The notes under the pieces are model-generated. The model made no database searches. It was not told the origin of the DNA and saw only the letters and a program-made list of their open reading frames with translations. A DNA stretch of 64,000 nt from Candidatus Daviesbacteria bacterium. GTDB lineage: Bacteria > Patescibacteriota > Microgenomatia > Daviesbacterales > UBA10151. The position numbers and the translations under genes were made by a program. Shown here piece by piece: positions 1 to 10,570 of this stretch. The stretch is taken from assembly GCA_016187025.1 (NCBI GenBank), contig JACPKM010000001.1, forward strand, positions 320,055 to 384,054, read 5' to 3'. Within the stretch, counting starts at the first letter, position 1. The number at the start of each line of letters is the position of its first letter.

Positions 1-2
1 TA

Positions 3-326
3 ATTAGTAGATTAAAAAGACATAAAACAATTAGAAAAAGATTGGCAGGTATCAAAGATAAGCCTAGACTGGCAGTTTTTAGATCCAGTCAGCATATTTA
101 TGCTCAAATTATTGATGACTTAAAGGGAGAAACACTTGTATCAGAATCTGATCTAAAATATAAAGGCTCTAAAAAGCAAAAAGCTTATGAAGTAGGAAAA
201 AGTTTGGCAGAAAAGGCTTTAAAGATTAAAATAAGCAAAGTAGTGTTTGACCGGGGTGGCTTTTTGTATCACGGAAGAGTTGAGCAACTTGCAAAAGGCG
301 CAAGAGAAGGTGGGTTAAGTTTTTAA
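3..326 (+). CDS. rplR: 50S ribosomal protein L18 (5' end probably beyond window start)
   Basis: ORF 42..326 reads [19 protein letters not shown]; the same frame is open upstream to the window edge ([16 protein letters not shown]), typical of the L18 N-terminus. Confidence 0.85.
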   Translation: MSRLKRHKTIRKRLAGIKDKPRLAVFRSSQHIYAQIIDDLKGETLVSESDLKYKGSKKQKAYEVGKSLAEKALKIKISKVVFDRGGFLYHGRVEQLAKGAREGGLSF

Positions 327-327
327 T

Positions 328-816
328 ATGAGAAATAATGCAAAAGAATTTAATAATGAAGTTTCAGAGTACTTTGAAAAAGTAGTTCAGGTAAACCGTG
401 TTTCCAAAAAGACAAAAGGTGGGGATAAGAGATCTTTATCGGTGCTGGTAGTGGCAGGAGATAAAAAAGGCAAAGTAGGGGTCGGGTTGGGAAAAGCAGC
501 TGATGTACAAGCAGCAGTAAGAAAGGCAACAAACTATGCAAAAAAGCACTTAATCGCTATTGCTTTAAAAGGAACAACTATTCCTCATGAGATTTATATT
601 AAAAAAGGTGCAGCAAAGGTTTTGCTAAAACCCGCTCCGGTTGGTACAGGAGTTATAGCTGGTGGGGCTGTGCGTGTGGTAGTTGAAGCTGCAGGAATCC
701 ATGATATAGTTTCAAAAACTTTAGGAACTAAAAATCAAGCATCAAATGTCTATGCAACTTTAGAAGCTTTATCTAGACTTAAAAAGGTAAAAGGGGGTAG
801 TGATAATGCAGCTTAA
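328..816 (+). CDS. rpsE: 30S ribosomal protein S5
   Basis: 162 aa with the S5 dsRBD and C-terminal domains ([17 protein letters not shown]), located in the ribosomal operon. Confidence 0.9.
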   Translation: MRNNAKEFNNEVSEYFEKVVQVNRVSKKTKGGDKRSLSVLVVAGDKKGKVGVGLGKAADVQAAVRKATNYAKKHLIAIALKGTTIPHEIYIKKGAAKVLLKPAPVGTGVIAGGAVRVVVEAAGIHDIVSKTLGTKNQASNVYATLEALSRLKKVKGGSDNAA

Positions 817-1240
817 TCATCTACCAAAAGTTAAAAAAAATAGTAGTAAAAGAATATCCCGGGGTTTAGGATCTGGGAAAGGTAAGACTGGTGGAAGGGG
901 TAGTAAAGGCCAAAAAGCCCGTGGGAAAGTTCCAATTGGTTTTGTGGGAAGTTTGCCACTGTATAAAAAGCTTCCGCTTGTAAGAGGCAAGGGAAATAGG
1001 AAAAAATCTACAAGATCAAAAGTTATTAATTTATCTGATTTGAATGTTTTTCCAGCAAAAACAATAATAGATTTACCAAAGTTAATTGAAGCAAAGGTAG
1101 TTACGCAAAAGCAGGCAAGTTTTGGGGTTAAAATATTAGGTAAAGGAGAAATAACAAAAGCTTTAACAGTGAAACTTCCTTTGTCAAAAAGTGCACAACA
1201 GAAAATAGAGTCAAGTGGTGGAAAGGTAGAGAATGGATAA
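800..1240 (+). CDS. rplO: 50S ribosomal protein L15
   Basis: Gly/Lys-rich N-terminus ([22 protein letters not shown]) immediately after rpsE, with no L30 gene in between. Confidence 0.85.
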   Translation: MIMQLNHLPKVKKNSSKRISRGLGSGKGKTGGRGSKGQKARGKVPIGFVGSLPLYKKLPLVRGKGNRKKSTRSKVINLSDLNVFPAKTIIDLPKLIEAKVVTQKQASFGVKILGKGEITKALTVKLPLSKSAQQKIESSGGKVENG

Positions 1241-2522
1241 GATCCTATCTCCTATTGTTAATGCATTTAAAATTGCAGAACTAAGAAGAAAGATCACCGT
1301 AACCATTATAATTCTGATAATTTTTAGAATTATTGCTCATATACCTGTATCCGGGGTAGATTTGCAAGGTCTAAGGTCACTGTTTGCAAGCAGTCAGTTA
1401 CTGGGCCTTCTTGATATTTTTAGCGGAGGAACTTTAGTTAACTTTTCCATCATCTCTTTGGGGTTAAATCCTTACATTAATGCATCAATTATTATCCAGC
1501 TTCTGACAATGATATTTCCCAAGCTGGAAGAATTGTCCAAAGAAGGGGAGTTTGGAAGACAAAAAATTAATCAGTATACCCGTTATTTAACTGTACCATT
1601 GGCTTTAGTCCAAGCCATAGGCATGTATGTTTTACTCAAAAACCAAGGTATCTTAACTAATGTGACACCGCTTGAGATTGCCTCAATTATGGTTGGAATG
1701 ACAGCAGGAACGATATTTTTAATGTGGCTTGGAGAGCTGATTACAGAGTATGGTATTGGTAATGGTATTTCTCTTTTAATCTTTGCTGGTATAGTTTCTA
1801 GAATTCCGGTAGTACTGACTCAAACTGCTACTCTGACAAACCAAGAGCAGCTCATAAATATAATTATTTTTATAGCTTTGAGTTTGCTGGTTATTGCAGG
1901 AGTGGTATTTGTTAATGAAGGACGACGGCAAATTTCTGTACAATATGCCAGACGCTCAGCCCAAGGTAAAGAAAGCGGCGGAGTAAAAACTTACCTGCCT
2001 TTGAGAGTAAACCAAGCAGGGGTAATCCCAATCATATTTGCTGTGTCTCTTGTCCTGATACCTTCCTTTGCAGGTACTTATTTTGCTCAGCTTCCTCAAG
2101 TTCAGTTGTCGCAAATTGGTAGATGGTTTGCTGCTAACTTTACTCCGGATAGTATCTTATATAATTTAGTTTATTTTGCATTAGTAGTAGGCTTTACTTT
2201 CTTTTACACAGCCATAATATTTAACCCGACAAAAATTTCCGATGAAATTAAAAAGTACGGAGGGTTTATACCAGGTATCCGCCCCGGTACTGCTACAGCA
2301 GCTTATCTGAGCTATATTATGGTAAGAATTACTTTAGCAGGTGCTCTCTTTTTAGGAAGTATTGCAATACTTCCATCCATCGCAGCACAAGCAACAGGAA
2401 TAACAACTTTAGTACTAGGAGGAACGGGTTTGCTGATTGTCGTTTCGGTGGTAATGGATACAGCAAAACAGTTTGAAAGTAAGCTAATAGAAAGAAGCTA
2501 TGAGGTATTTACTAACAGATGA
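1233..2522 (+). CDS. secY: preprotein translocase subunit SecY
   Basis: 429 aa, 10 predicted TM segments, operon position after rplO; the TGA stop overlaps the adk start. Confidence 0.9.
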   Translation: MDKILSPIVNAFKIAELRRKITVTIIILIIFRIIAHIPVSGVDLQGLRSLFASSQLLGLLDIFSGGTLVNFSIISLGLNPYINASIIIQLLTMIFPKLEELSKEGEFGRQKINQYTRYLTVPLALVQAIGMYVLLKNQGILTNVTPLEIASIMVGMTAGTIFLMWLGELITEYGIGNGISLLIFAGIVSRIPVVLTQTATLTNQEQLINIIIFIALSLLVIAGVVFVNEGRRQISVQYARRSAQGKESGGVKTYLPLRVNQAGVIPIIFAVSLVLIPSFAGTYFAQLPQVQLSQIGRWFAANFTPDSILYNLVYFALVVGFTFFYTAIIFNPTKISDEIKKYGGFIPGIRPGTATAAYLSYIMVRITLAGALFLGSIAILPSIAAQATGITTLVLGGTGLLIVVSVVMDTAKQFESKLIERSYEVFTNR

Positions 2523-3061
2523 AGATGCTATTCATAGGCCCTGTGGGCTCTGGTAAGTCAACACAGGCTGGGCTGCTGTCAAGCTTTTTGAACATCCCTT
2601 ATATCACCACCGGAGATATCCTAAGAAAGGTTTCGGATGAGGATACAGAGTTAGGGAGAAGAGTTAGGGAGGATATACAAAGTGGAGTTTTGGTAAATGA
2701 TAGAGTTGTCGCAGAGATTATTGAAAAGAGAGTTTCTGAAGATGATTGTAGGGAAGGATATGTGGTAGATGGGTATCCCCGGACATTAAAACAAATAGAA
2801 ATATTTGATCCGGGCTTTGATAAAGTTTTTTATCTACATATTCCTGATCAGGAAGCAGTTAAAAGGCTTTTAAAAAGAGGGCGGGTAGATGATAAAGAGG
2901 AAGTGATACAAAAAAGACTTAATGTATATTACCTACTAACTCAGCCCTTGCTTGCCTTTTATGAAAATATGGGAAATCTTATAAAAATTCCTGCCACAGA
3001 GTCTATTGATAGAGTTCAACAACAGGTAAGGGAGTATTTAAAAGGTGAAACTACGGAATAA
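2519..3061 (+). CDS. adk: adenylate kinase (short form)
   Basis: P-loop [11 protein letters not shown] near the N-terminus, 180 aa, between secY and map. Confidence 0.85.
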   Translation: MKMLFIGPVGSGKSTQAGLLSSFLNIPYITTGDILRKVSDEDTELGRRVREDIQSGVLVNDRVVAEIIEKRVSEDDCREGYVVDGYPRTLKQIEIFDPGFDKVFYLHIPDQEAVKRLLKRGRVDDKEEVIQKRLNVYYLLTQPLLAFYENMGNLIKIPATESIDRVQQQVREYLKGETTE

Positions 3062-3797
3062 GTATGAGCTTTCTTTAATGCGGAAAAGCGGTGGCATTAG
3101 CGCTAATGCATTAAAAAAGGCAGTAGAAAGCCTAAAAAGTGGGATAACTGGTTTAGAGCTTGATAAAATTGTCAAAGACGAAATTTATCGGTTAGGAGGG
3201 GAGCTGTCTTATAAAACAGTCCCTGGGTTTGACTGGGCAAGTTGTATAACAATTAATGAGCAGGTAGTTCACGGTATACCTTCTAATAGAAAAGTTGAAA
3301 AGGGGGATTTAGTTAGTGTGGACTTGGCTGCAATGTATAAAGGATGGCATACAGATACTGCTTGGAGTGTACTGGTTGAAGATGGTGATAGTAAGAAAGC
3401 GGAATTTTTGAGTATTGGAGAAGAGGCTTTATGGCTTGGTATCAAACAGGCAGTGGATGGCAAAAGAATTGGGGATATTTCAAATGCTATCCAGTCAAAA
3501 GTCGAGGGTGCAGGACATAAAATTGTGAGAAGTTTGGTAGGACACGGTGTAGGAAGAAAGTTGCATGAGGATCCCGAGATTCCAGGATATGGAGAAGCGG
3601 GTACAGGTGAGCTGCTCAAAGAGGGAATGACCATTGCAATTGAGGTTATTTATACTATGGGTACTAGTGAGGTAGTTTTGGGAGAGGACGGATGGACTTA
3701 TTCTTCAGTGGATGGGTCACCTGCTGGTTTATTTGAAATGACTGTGATTGTAGGTAAAAAAGAGGCTGAGGTATTAACAGATTGGAGGCGGGTTTAA
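3045..3797 (+). CDS. map: methionine aminopeptidase type I
   Basis: 250 aa with pita-bread-fold motifs ([31 protein letters not shown]). Confidence 0.85.
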   Translation: MKLRNKYELSLMRKSGGISANALKKAVESLKSGITGLELDKIVKDEIYRLGGELSYKTVPGFDWASCITINEQVVHGIPSNRKVEKGDLVSVDLAAMYKGWHTDTAWSVLVEDGDSKKAEFLSIGEEALWLGIKQAVDGKRIGDISNAIQSKVEGAGHKIVRSLVGHGVGRKLHEDPEIPGYGEAGTGELLKEGMTIAIEVIYTMGTSEVVLGEDGWTYSSVDGSPAGLFEMTVIVGKKEAEVLTDWRRV

Positions 3798-3865
3798 CCG
3801 AATGCTATGGGTTGTATTCGGAATGTGATTTTGGTAGAATTACCAAAGTCTTTCTAAGACAGATT

Positions 3866-4105
3866 ATGAATGATGTGATAGAAGTAGAAGGTAAAGTAGT
3901 AGAAGTATTACCAAATACTTTATTTAGAATTGAAATTACTAGATGTGATAGTTTACCCGAATTAGTAGGAAGGGTTATTTTGTGTCATATTTCAGGGAAG
4001 ATGCGGATGCACTATATCAGGCTTTTAGAAGGCGATAAAGTTCGGGTAGAAATGAGTCCAAAGTATGATTTGGATAAGGGCCGTATTACATTTAGATTAA
4101 AATAA
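3866..4105 (+). CDS. infA: translation initiation factor IF-1 (ORF track gives 3782 as start; an internal Met gives the canonical ~79 aa)
   Basis: S1-like OB fold ([20 protein letters not shown]...[29 protein letters not shown]). Confidence 0.8.
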   Translation: MNDVIEVEGKVVEVLPNTLFRIEITRCDSLPELVGRVILCHISGKMRMHYIRLLEGDKVRVEMSPKYDLDKGRITFRLK

Positions 4106-4106
4106 C

Positions 4107-4223
4107 ATGAAAGTTCAAGCGTCAATAAAAACTAGGTGTAAATTTTGCAAAGTGGTAAAAAGAGAAGGTATGTTGTATGTTATATGTTCTCGTGATTCGA
4201 GACATAAGCAAAGACAAGGATAA
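4107..4223 (+). CDS. rpmJ: 50S ribosomal protein L36 (not in ORF track, under 60 aa)
   Basis: Hand translation gives [38 protein letters not shown], the canonical L36 zinc ribbon, between infA and rpsM. Confidence 0.9.
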   Translation: MKVQASIKTRCKFCKVVKREGMLYVICSRDSRHKQRQG

Positions 4224-4226
4224 ATA

Positions 4227-4628
4227 ATGGCTAGAATTGCAGGAGTTGATTTACCAGAACAAAAAAGAGTAGATATTGGCCTTACCTATATATACGGTAT
4301 TGGCAGAAAAAACGTGGAGAAAATGTTAAAAGATTCTGGTGTAGATCCGGCAAAAAGAGTCAAGGATTTAACAGAAGAAGAGACTGGCAAACTACAAAAG
4401 ACTGTTGAGCAATTTAAAGTAGAGGGAGATTTAAGGAGAGAAGTAGAGCAAAATATCAAAAGACTGGAAGAGATAGGAACTTATAGAGGTTTAAGACATA
4501 GAAAGAATCTGCCGGCTAGAGGGCAAAGAACTAGAAGTAACGCAAGAACAAAAAGAGGTAAGAGAAAGACCGTAGGATCAATCAGGAAAGATGTAGCAAC
4601 AACTAAAGCAGCTGCTCCATCTGCCTAG
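4227..4628 (+). CDS. rpsM: 30S ribosomal protein S13
   Basis: [10 protein letters not shown]...IGRKNVEK signature. Confidence 0.9.
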   Translation: MARIAGVDLPEQKRVDIGLTYIYGIGRKNVEKMLKDSGVDPAKRVKDLTEEETGKLQKTVEQFKVEGDLRREVEQNIKRLEEIGTYRGLRHRKNLPARGQRTRSNARTKRGKRKTVGSIRKDVATTKAAAPSA

Positions 4629-4646
4629 GTATAAAGGAAAGAAAAT

Positions 4647-5048
4647 ATGGCAAAGAAAACAGCAAAATCAACAAAAGCTAAAAAGCAAAAAGTAGAGCGA
4701 AAAGTAAGCAGCGGCAGAGTTTATGTAACTGCAACTTTTAACAATACTTTAGTAACACTGACAGACTCCAATGGTGCAACGCTTGCTTGGAGTTCTTCAG
4801 GAGAAGCTGGGTTTAAAGGAGCCAGAAAAGCTACTCCTTTTGCTGCAATCAGCGCCGTAGAAAAAGTTGCCCAGAAAGCCAAAGAAGTTGGAATGACAAA
4901 CTGTGAAGTATATATTAAAGGACCAGGGCCAGGAAGAGATGCATCTGTCAAAGCCTTAAGAAGTGCGGGGTTAAATATAACTATGATTGCCGATATCACA
5001 CCTATCCCACATAATGGACCAAGACCTAAAAAGAGGAGGAGAGTTTAA
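4647..5048 (+). CDS. rpsK: 30S ribosomal protein S11
   Basis: GRVYVTATFNNTLVTLTD...ATPFAAI signature. Confidence 0.9.
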   Translation: MAKKTAKSTKAKKQKVERKVSSGRVYVTATFNNTLVTLTDSNGATLAWSSSGEAGFKGARKATPFAAISAVEKVAQKAKEVGMTNCEVYIKGPGPGRDASVKALRSAGLNITMIADITPIPHNGPRPKKRRRV

Positions 5049-5651
5049 ATGGCGCGTTATACTGGTCCAAAGAGAAGATTATCAAGGAGAGAAGGAATCC
5101 CCCTTTTTAGCAAAGATGTTGAATACTTGGAAAGAAAAGGTGCTATTCCTCCTGGACAGCATGGGTTTTCAAGAAAAAGAAGGTTGTCTGAATATGGATT
5201 GCAGCTCCGCGAAAAGCAAAAAGCAAAAAGGCTTTATGGAATCCTTGAAAAACAATTTGCCAAATATTATAAAATTGCTAGTAAAGTTAAGGGTGCAACC
5301 GGTGTAACCTTACTTGCACTTTTAGAAACAAGATTAGATAATATAGTCTACCGTTTGGCATTTGCAAGCAGCCGTGCCTCAGCCAGACAATATGTTGGCC
5401 ATGGACATATCTTGGTGGATGGGAAAAAAGTCCAAATTCCCTCATACCAGGTCAAACCGGGACAGACTATTGCATTATCATCAAAATTGTTGGATAATAC
5501 ACAGGTCAAAAAAAGTTTAGAAGAGAGTAAGACCTTGCCAGAGTGGCTAGAAAGGAAAGCTGCAGTAGGCAAGGTTTTAAGATCGCCGGAACGGGAAGAG
5601 ATGGAAGAATCGGTTAACGAGCAAATGATTGTTGAGTACTACTCAAGGTAA
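5049..5651 (+). CDS. rpsD: 30S ribosomal protein S4
   Basis: MARYTGPKRRLSRREG N-terminus and S4 domain; strong SD (AAGGAGGAGGAG) upstream. Confidence 0.9.
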   Translation: MARYTGPKRRLSRREGIPLFSKDVEYLERKGAIPPGQHGFSRKRRLSEYGLQLREKQKAKRLYGILEKQFAKYYKIASKVKGATGVTLLALLETRLDNIVYRLAFASSRASARQYVGHGHILVDGKKVQIPSYQVKPGQTIALSSKLLDNTQVKKSLEESKTLPEWLERKAAVGKVLRSPEREEMEESVNEQMIVEYYSR

Positions 5652-5663
5652 GGAGATTTGTAA

Positions 5664-6572
5664 ATGTTTAAGATAAAACCAGAATTAGAAAAAGATAACT
5701 ATACAAAATTTGTGATTGAACCTTTGGAACAAGGATTTGGTAATACACTTGGAAATGGGCTTAGAAGAGTACTGCTAAGTTCCCTTGAAGGTTCTGCTAT
5801 TACCTCTGTCAAAATTGACGGCGTTGCTCATCAATTTTCTACTATTGAAGGAGTCTCAGAGGATGTAATTGAGATCATATTAAACATTAAAAAAGTAAGA
5901 GTAAACGTCCATTCTGATTCCCCTATCAAACTATCTCTTAAGGTATCCGGTAAAAAAGCAGTACAAGCTAAAGACATTGAAGTATTAGGAGATGGAGAAA
6001 TAGCCAATCCAGAGCAACACATAGCAAATGTAAATGATGCTAAAGCTAAATTAAACATTGAAATGACTGCAGAAAAAGGCAAAGGTTACTCTGTTGCAGA
6101 TGAAAGAAAAAATGGTGAGATTGGAGTTATAGCCATAGATGCTTTATTTAGCCCAGTAGTGGCAGTTAATTATTCAATTGAGCCAACCCGTGTCGGAAGA
6201 AGTACAAACTACGACAAGCTTACCTTAGAAGTAACAACAGATGGTACAATTTCATCCCTTGATGCAGTAAACCAAGCAGCCCGGATTTTATCTGACACTT
6301 TTAGAGAAGTATATGAACCAGATACCGAAGAAGTAGTAGCAGAAGACCAAGGAACTAAAATCTCTGGTGAGACTTTAGAGCTAACAATCGAGGAGCTGGA
6401 TCTTCCAGTAAGGATTACCAATGCCCTAAAAGCAATAGAAATAAACACCATCGGAGACTTAATTAATATGCCTAGGGCCCAGCTTCTAAAAGCAAAAAAC
6501 TTAGGTAGTAAATCGTTAAGCTTAATTTCTGAAAAGCTTTCCGAGAGGGGGTTGTCTTTAGGTGAGGCATAG
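5664..6572 (+). CDS. rpoA: DNA-directed RNA polymerase subunit alpha
   Basis: 302 aa with the N-terminal dimerisation domain (FVIEPLEQGFGNTLGN) and the alpha-CTD helix-hairpin-helix (LDLPVRITNALK). Confidence 0.9.
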   Translation: MFKIKPELEKDNYTKFVIEPLEQGFGNTLGNGLRRVLLSSLEGSAITSVKIDGVAHQFSTIEGVSEDVIEIILNIKKVRVNVHSDSPIKLSLKVSGKKAVQAKDIEVLGDGEIANPEQHIANVNDAKAKLNIEMTAEKGKGYSVADERKNGEIGVIAIDALFSPVVAVNYSIEPTRVGRSTNYDKLTLEVTTDGTISSLDAVNQAARILSDTFREVYEPDTEEVVAEDQGTKISGETLELTIEELDLPVRITNALKAIEINTIGDLINMPRAQLLKAKNLGSKSLSLISEKLSERGLSLGEA

Positions 6573-7038
6573 AGTTTATGGTAAACACTTGGGAAGAGAT
6601 ATTAACGAAAGAAAAGCCCTTTTTAAAAGCTTAATTTACTCTCTTTTCAACTACGGTACTATTGAAACTACTGATTCTAAGGCAAAAGCTGTCAGAGGTT
6701 TGGTAGATAAAGTTATCAACCTTGCAAAAGATAAAAAAACCCAATCCAATTTACAAAGATATATTAATGCTAAACCTTTAAGAAGTAGGCTAATAGAGGA
6801 GCTGATGCCTAAGTTAAAAGATAGAAACTCAGGCTACACCAGCCTGGTTAGGTTAGGAAGAAGACAGGGGGATAATGCAATGATGGTTAAAATGAGCTTA
6901 ATTGGCAATGAAGCGCTCAAACCCATAAATAAAGAAACTGTTAAAAAGCAAAGCAAACCAAAAGAAGATCAAACTCTCAAAAAAAAGACTCAACCCAGCA
7001 AAACAAAAGTTGTTAAAAAGGAGGCCAAAAACAAATAA
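6562..7038 (+). CDS. rplQ: 50S ribosomal protein L17 with a Lys-rich C-terminal extension
   Basis: MRHRVYGKHLGRD N-terminus; about 40 extra K/Q/P-rich residues at the C-terminus. Confidence 0.85.
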   Translation: MRHRVYGKHLGRDINERKALFKSLIYSLFNYGTIETTDSKAKAVRGLVDKVINLAKDKKTQSNLQRYINAKPLRSRLIEELMPKLKDRNSGYTSLVRLGRRQGDNAMMVKMSLIGNEALKPINKETVKKQSKPKEDQTLKKKTQPSKTKVVKKEAKNK

Positions 7039-7044
7039 ACAACT

Positions 7045-7470
7045 ATGTCTACATCGTCTGTATCTGCTAAACAAATCATAAGAAAATGGTATGTCATTGA
7101 TGCAAAGGAAAAAATCCTGGGAAGACTGGCAACAGATGTGGCAAAAATCCTAATGGGTAAAAATAAAATACAATATGTTCCTTATTTAGACCAAGGAGAC
7201 TATGTTGTAGTCACTAATGCCTCAAAGATAAAGTTAACAGGTAAAAAGGTAAGTCAAAAAAAATATGCTTCTCATTCTGGATATCCTGGCGGATATAAAG
7301 AAGTTCCTTTCAAAAAAGCAATAAGAGAGAAACCTTCGAAAATTATTGAACATGCTGTAAAAGGAATGCTGCCAAAAAATAAACTGGGAAGACAAATGAT
7401 CAAAAAATTAAAAGTTTTTGCAGATATGAATCATCCATATGAAAGTAAGTTAAAGGGGGAAGTAAAATAA
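7045..7470 (+). CDS. rplM: 50S ribosomal protein L13
   Basis: WYVIDAKEKILGRLAT signature. Confidence 0.85.
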   Translation: MSTSSVSAKQIIRKWYVIDAKEKILGRLATDVAKILMGKNKIQYVPYLDQGDYVVVTNASKIKLTGKKVSQKKYASHSGYPGGYKEVPFKKAIREKPSKIIEHAVKGMLPKNKLGRQMIKKLKVFADMNHPYESKLKGEVK

Positions 7471-7473
7471 ACC

Positions 7474-7878
7474 ATGGCACAAACAGGTGTAGGCAATACT
7501 AGCTCAATAGGTAGAAGGAAAGAAGCTGTAGCAAGAGTGAGACTGGTGTCTGGAAAGGGTACTGTTACAGTTAATGGAAAACCCATCCATGAATATTTTT
7601 CTGGACCAATTTTTCAAAAAAAATATACCCGGCCAATAGAAATAACCCAAACAAATGATAAGTATGCTTTCTCAGTAAAGGTAGAAGGGGGAGGAGTTAT
7701 CTCTCAACTTTCTGCAGTAGTACATGGTATTGCCAGAGCAATTGCTCTTGCTGATCCAGCAAAAAGGTCAGATTTAAAAAAAGCAGGACTTTTAACACGG
7801 GATGCAAGGGTTAAGGAAAGAAGAAAATACGGTTTGGCTCATAAAGCGAGAGCCAAGAAACAGTCTCCAAAGAGGTAA
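7474..7878 (+). CDS. rpsI: 30S ribosomal protein S9
   Basis: C-terminal RDARVKERRKYGL...KRQSPKR signature. Confidence 0.9.
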   Translation: MAQTGVGNTSSIGRRKEAVARVRLVSGKGTVTVNGKPIHEYFSGPIFQKKYTRPIEITQTNDKYAFSVKVEGGGVISQLSAVVHGIARAIALADPAKRSDLKKAGLLTRDARVKERRKYGLAHKARAKKQSPKR

Positions 7879-8388
7879 TCAGTCTGTTTTAAACACACCC
7901 TTCAGTTGGCCAAGCCTTCTTTTTAGTACCTTTATTAATTTATTAACAGTATCAAAAATCACCGGAAGTTCTAAATAATCAATCATTATAGCTACCCAGG
8001 CCAGCCACAATGGTAAAATTGTCTCAGTTCTGCCAGTAAGTTGCTCAACTACAAACTCATCTGTTATCCAAAAAATATGTAAAAACTGTGAATAAAGAAG
8101 GGTAATGTAAAGAGTGCTTTTAAAATCAAATTTTTTACGTAGGTTATTTAAATATATTAGCGATGTAGAAACCAGAGCCGGAATTTCGGTGTAATCTGCA
8201 AGTATTAGTAAATTTTGCAGTAAGGTTGTTGGATCCCATAAACTGACTCCAAAGATTTTGTGTATTACAACATGGGTTGTGAGCCAATAGAGGTGAACAA
8301 ATTGTATAGCAAACAATGCTACGGCAACAATGATATTTAGGGTGTAATGCTTGTTATACCAAGCCCAAAAAGTTTGGGGTATATTCAT
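7879..8388 (-). CDS. hypothetical integral membrane protein
   Basis: 169 aa with 4-5 hydrophobic helices and no recognisable motif. Confidence 0.4.
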   Translation of the reverse strand: MNIPQTFWAWYNKHYTLNIIVAVALFAIQFVHLYWLTTHVVIHKIFGVSLWDPTTLLQNLLILADYTEIPALVSTSLIYLNNLRKKFDFKSTLYITLLYSQFLHIFWITDEFVVEQLTGRTETILPLWLAWVAIMIDYLELPVIFDTVNKLIKVLKRRLGQLKGVFKTD

Positions 8389-8435
8389 ATAATGTAATTA
8401 TACCCTTGATAAAGTATGCTAATATAGTTTGATAT

Positions 8436-10541
8436 ATGGATAACATCTCCAAACTTTTAGATCAGGTAAAGGATGGTTTTGCTACCCTAAACGTTGGAGA
8501 CAAGTATAAAAAGCAGGCACTCGGCTTTTTGAAAGAGTGGTTAGAAGATGAACAATTTTCAGAGTACCGTCCTCAAATAGAGCATCTGATAACTAATAAA
8601 TATTGGGATTATCTGCTGGATTCTTTCTACCAGATAATACCCTTTGGAACCGGAGGAAAAAGAGGTGAGGTTGGTGTTGGACCCAACCGAATTAATCCTT
8701 GGACTATCAAATCTTCTTGCCAGGGGCACTCCCAGTTTCTATTAAAACACTACGACGAAGACGCTAAAAAAAGAGGGGTGGTGGTGGCGTATGATGTCAG
8801 AGAATTCTTTTCAAACAAATATTTAAACGATAACCTGTCAAACCCAGTCAAGAATTTAACTTGTAAAGACTTAGCTGAAGATTGTGCCGAGGTTTATACC
8901 GGTAATGGGATTAAAGTCTATATCTTTGACAGTATCAGGTCTACTCCAGAACTATCCTTTGCTATCAGGTATCTTAATGCGGTTGGAGGAAGCATGATCT
9001 CTGCCTCTCATAATCCTCCGGAACATAATGGTCAAAAAATATACGATGAATACGGAGGTCAGCTAATTCCTCCTGATGATGAAAAATTAGTTAAGGAAGT
9101 AACTGAATATATGAGCAAAATCGAAGAGATGAGTTTCGTCCAGGCTCAGGGAAAAGGGCTAATAACTTTTATAGGAAAAGAAATTGATGAAGCGTATTTA
9201 AAGAACTTTTCTGAAATCAGTTTGTCCAAGAATAGGGATGTAAAAATTGTTTATACACCTTTGCACGGCACGGGGTTAACAAATGTTTTTGCAGCTTTAG
9301 AGAGTGTGGGATTCAAACCAGATAAAGACCCGAAAACATCTTTCTCTTCCGGAAAGTTTGAAAATATCACTTTTAACATTCCTAACCCAGAGGTGGAGCA
9401 GTCGTTTGAGACATCTTTGAAATATGCAAAAGAGGTCAATGCTGATTTATTGCTTTCTTCAGATCCTGACTCGGATAGATTCGGTGCAATGGTAAAGCAT
9501 AATGGTAAATGGGTATTTTTAAATGGAAACGAAATTGCAGTTATACTAAGTGAATATATCATTCAAAAAAGAGCAGATAAGCGAAACAAAGGGATAATGA
9601 TTAAAACAGCGGTTACTACAGATTTAATGAGGGAGATCTGCGAAAAAAATAATATACATCTGATAGGGGATTTACTGGTTGGTTATAAGTACGTTGGTGA
9701 GGAGATGAATAAGTTAGAAAGACAAGGCAGGGTAGATGATGTGATATTAAGCTGTGAGGAATCACACGGTTACTTGATCGGTACTTATGCGCGGGACAAA
9801 GACGGGGCAGCACCGGCGGTGCTATTTTCAGAGTTAGCAGCAGAGTTAAAGCAGAAAAACCAAACACCCATAGATTTTCTAAATCAAATCTATGCTAAGT
9901 ATGGTTACTTTAGAAACTATCTGACAGAGATCAGGTTACCCGGGGCAGAAGGAAAAGCGCAGATAGACAAAATACAAAATAGCTTAAGAACTACACCACC
10001 CTCTAGTTTTGGTAGGTTTAATGTTTCCCGGTTTGAGGATTACTTGAACAGAAAACCAATAGTTTCAGAAACCGATGCCGCTTCCAAAAATGTGCTGGCT
10101 TTTCATCTTGAACCGGTTACCGGAACACTTTCCTTAAAAATTACGGTTAGACCATCTAGAACTGAACCTAAGATTAAGATGTATTTTGAAATAGGAAGTG
10201 AGCCATTCAAAGAAGAAAATTTTGAAGATGTTAAAGGTCAGATAGAAGAGATTTTGCATGAGTTGGAAAAAGATTTTATGCAAACATGTTATAGAATAAT
10301 CGGTATAGATTTTCCTGACCGTGGATTTTTACTTTTCTGGCAACTACCTCTTCAATCAAAACTTCGGTATTTTGAGGTTGAAGAAAAAGTTTTAGAATTA
10401 AAAAATGTTACAGATAAAAAAGAGAGAAAAGAAAAGCTGATGGAGATGTTGGCGTTTCTAGGGTCTGACCCAATAAAAAAAGTAGATAAAGCATTTATCG
10501 CAGAATACCAAAAGCCAATCGAAGAATATCTGGAGCTTTAG
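8436..10541 (+). CDS. alpha-D-phosphohexomutase family protein (phosphoglucomutase/phosphomannomutase-like) with N- and C-terminal extensions
   Basis: Active-site phosphoserine loop SASHNPPEHNG, N-terminal FGTGGKRG motif; 701 aa. Confidence 0.7.
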   Translation: MDNISKLLDQVKDGFATLNVGDKYKKQALGFLKEWLEDEQFSEYRPQIEHLITNKYWDYLLDSFYQIIPFGTGGKRGEVGVGPNRINPWTIKSSCQGHSQFLLKHYDEDAKKRGVVVAYDVREFFSNKYLNDNLSNPVKNLTCKDLAEDCAEVYTGNGIKVYIFDSIRSTPELSFAIRYLNAVGGSMISASHNPPEHNGQKIYDEYGGQLIPPDDEKLVKEVTEYMSKIEEMSFVQAQGKGLITFIGKEIDEAYLKNFSEISLSKNRDVKIVYTPLHGTGLTNVFAALESVGFKPDKDPKTSFSSGKFENITFNIPNPEVEQSFETSLKYAKEVNADLLLSSDPDSDRFGAMVKHNGKWVFLNGNEIAVILSEYIIQKRADKRNKGIMIKTAVTTDLMREICEKNNIHLIGDLLVGYKYVGEEMNKLERQGRVDDVILSCEESHGYLIGTYARDKDGAAPAVLFSELAAELKQKNQTPIDFLNQIYAKYGYFRNYLTEIRLPGAEGKAQIDKIQNSLRTTPPSSFGRFNVSRFEDYLNRKPIVSETDAASKNVLAFHLEPVTGTLSLKITVRPSRTEPKIKMYFEIGSEPFKEENFEDVKGQIEEILHELEKDFMQTCYRIIGIDFPDRGFLLFWQLPLQSKLRYFEVEEKVLELKNVTDKKERKEKLMEMLAFLGSDPIKKVDKAFIAEYQKPIEEYLEL

Positions 10542-10570
10542 TTTGTTAAGAGTAGAGTCTTGCGAAACAA

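Noticed and set aside
350-541. Antisense/internal ORFs inside conserved genes (e.g. 350..541-, 3269..3634-, 4721..4999-, 5831..6082-, 18053..18415-, 57058..57495+, 59110..59361+)
   Set aside because: They overlap well-supported genes on the opposite strand or in another frame, have low-complexity or hydrophobic nonsense composition, and lack RBS/context; they are treated as frame shadows.
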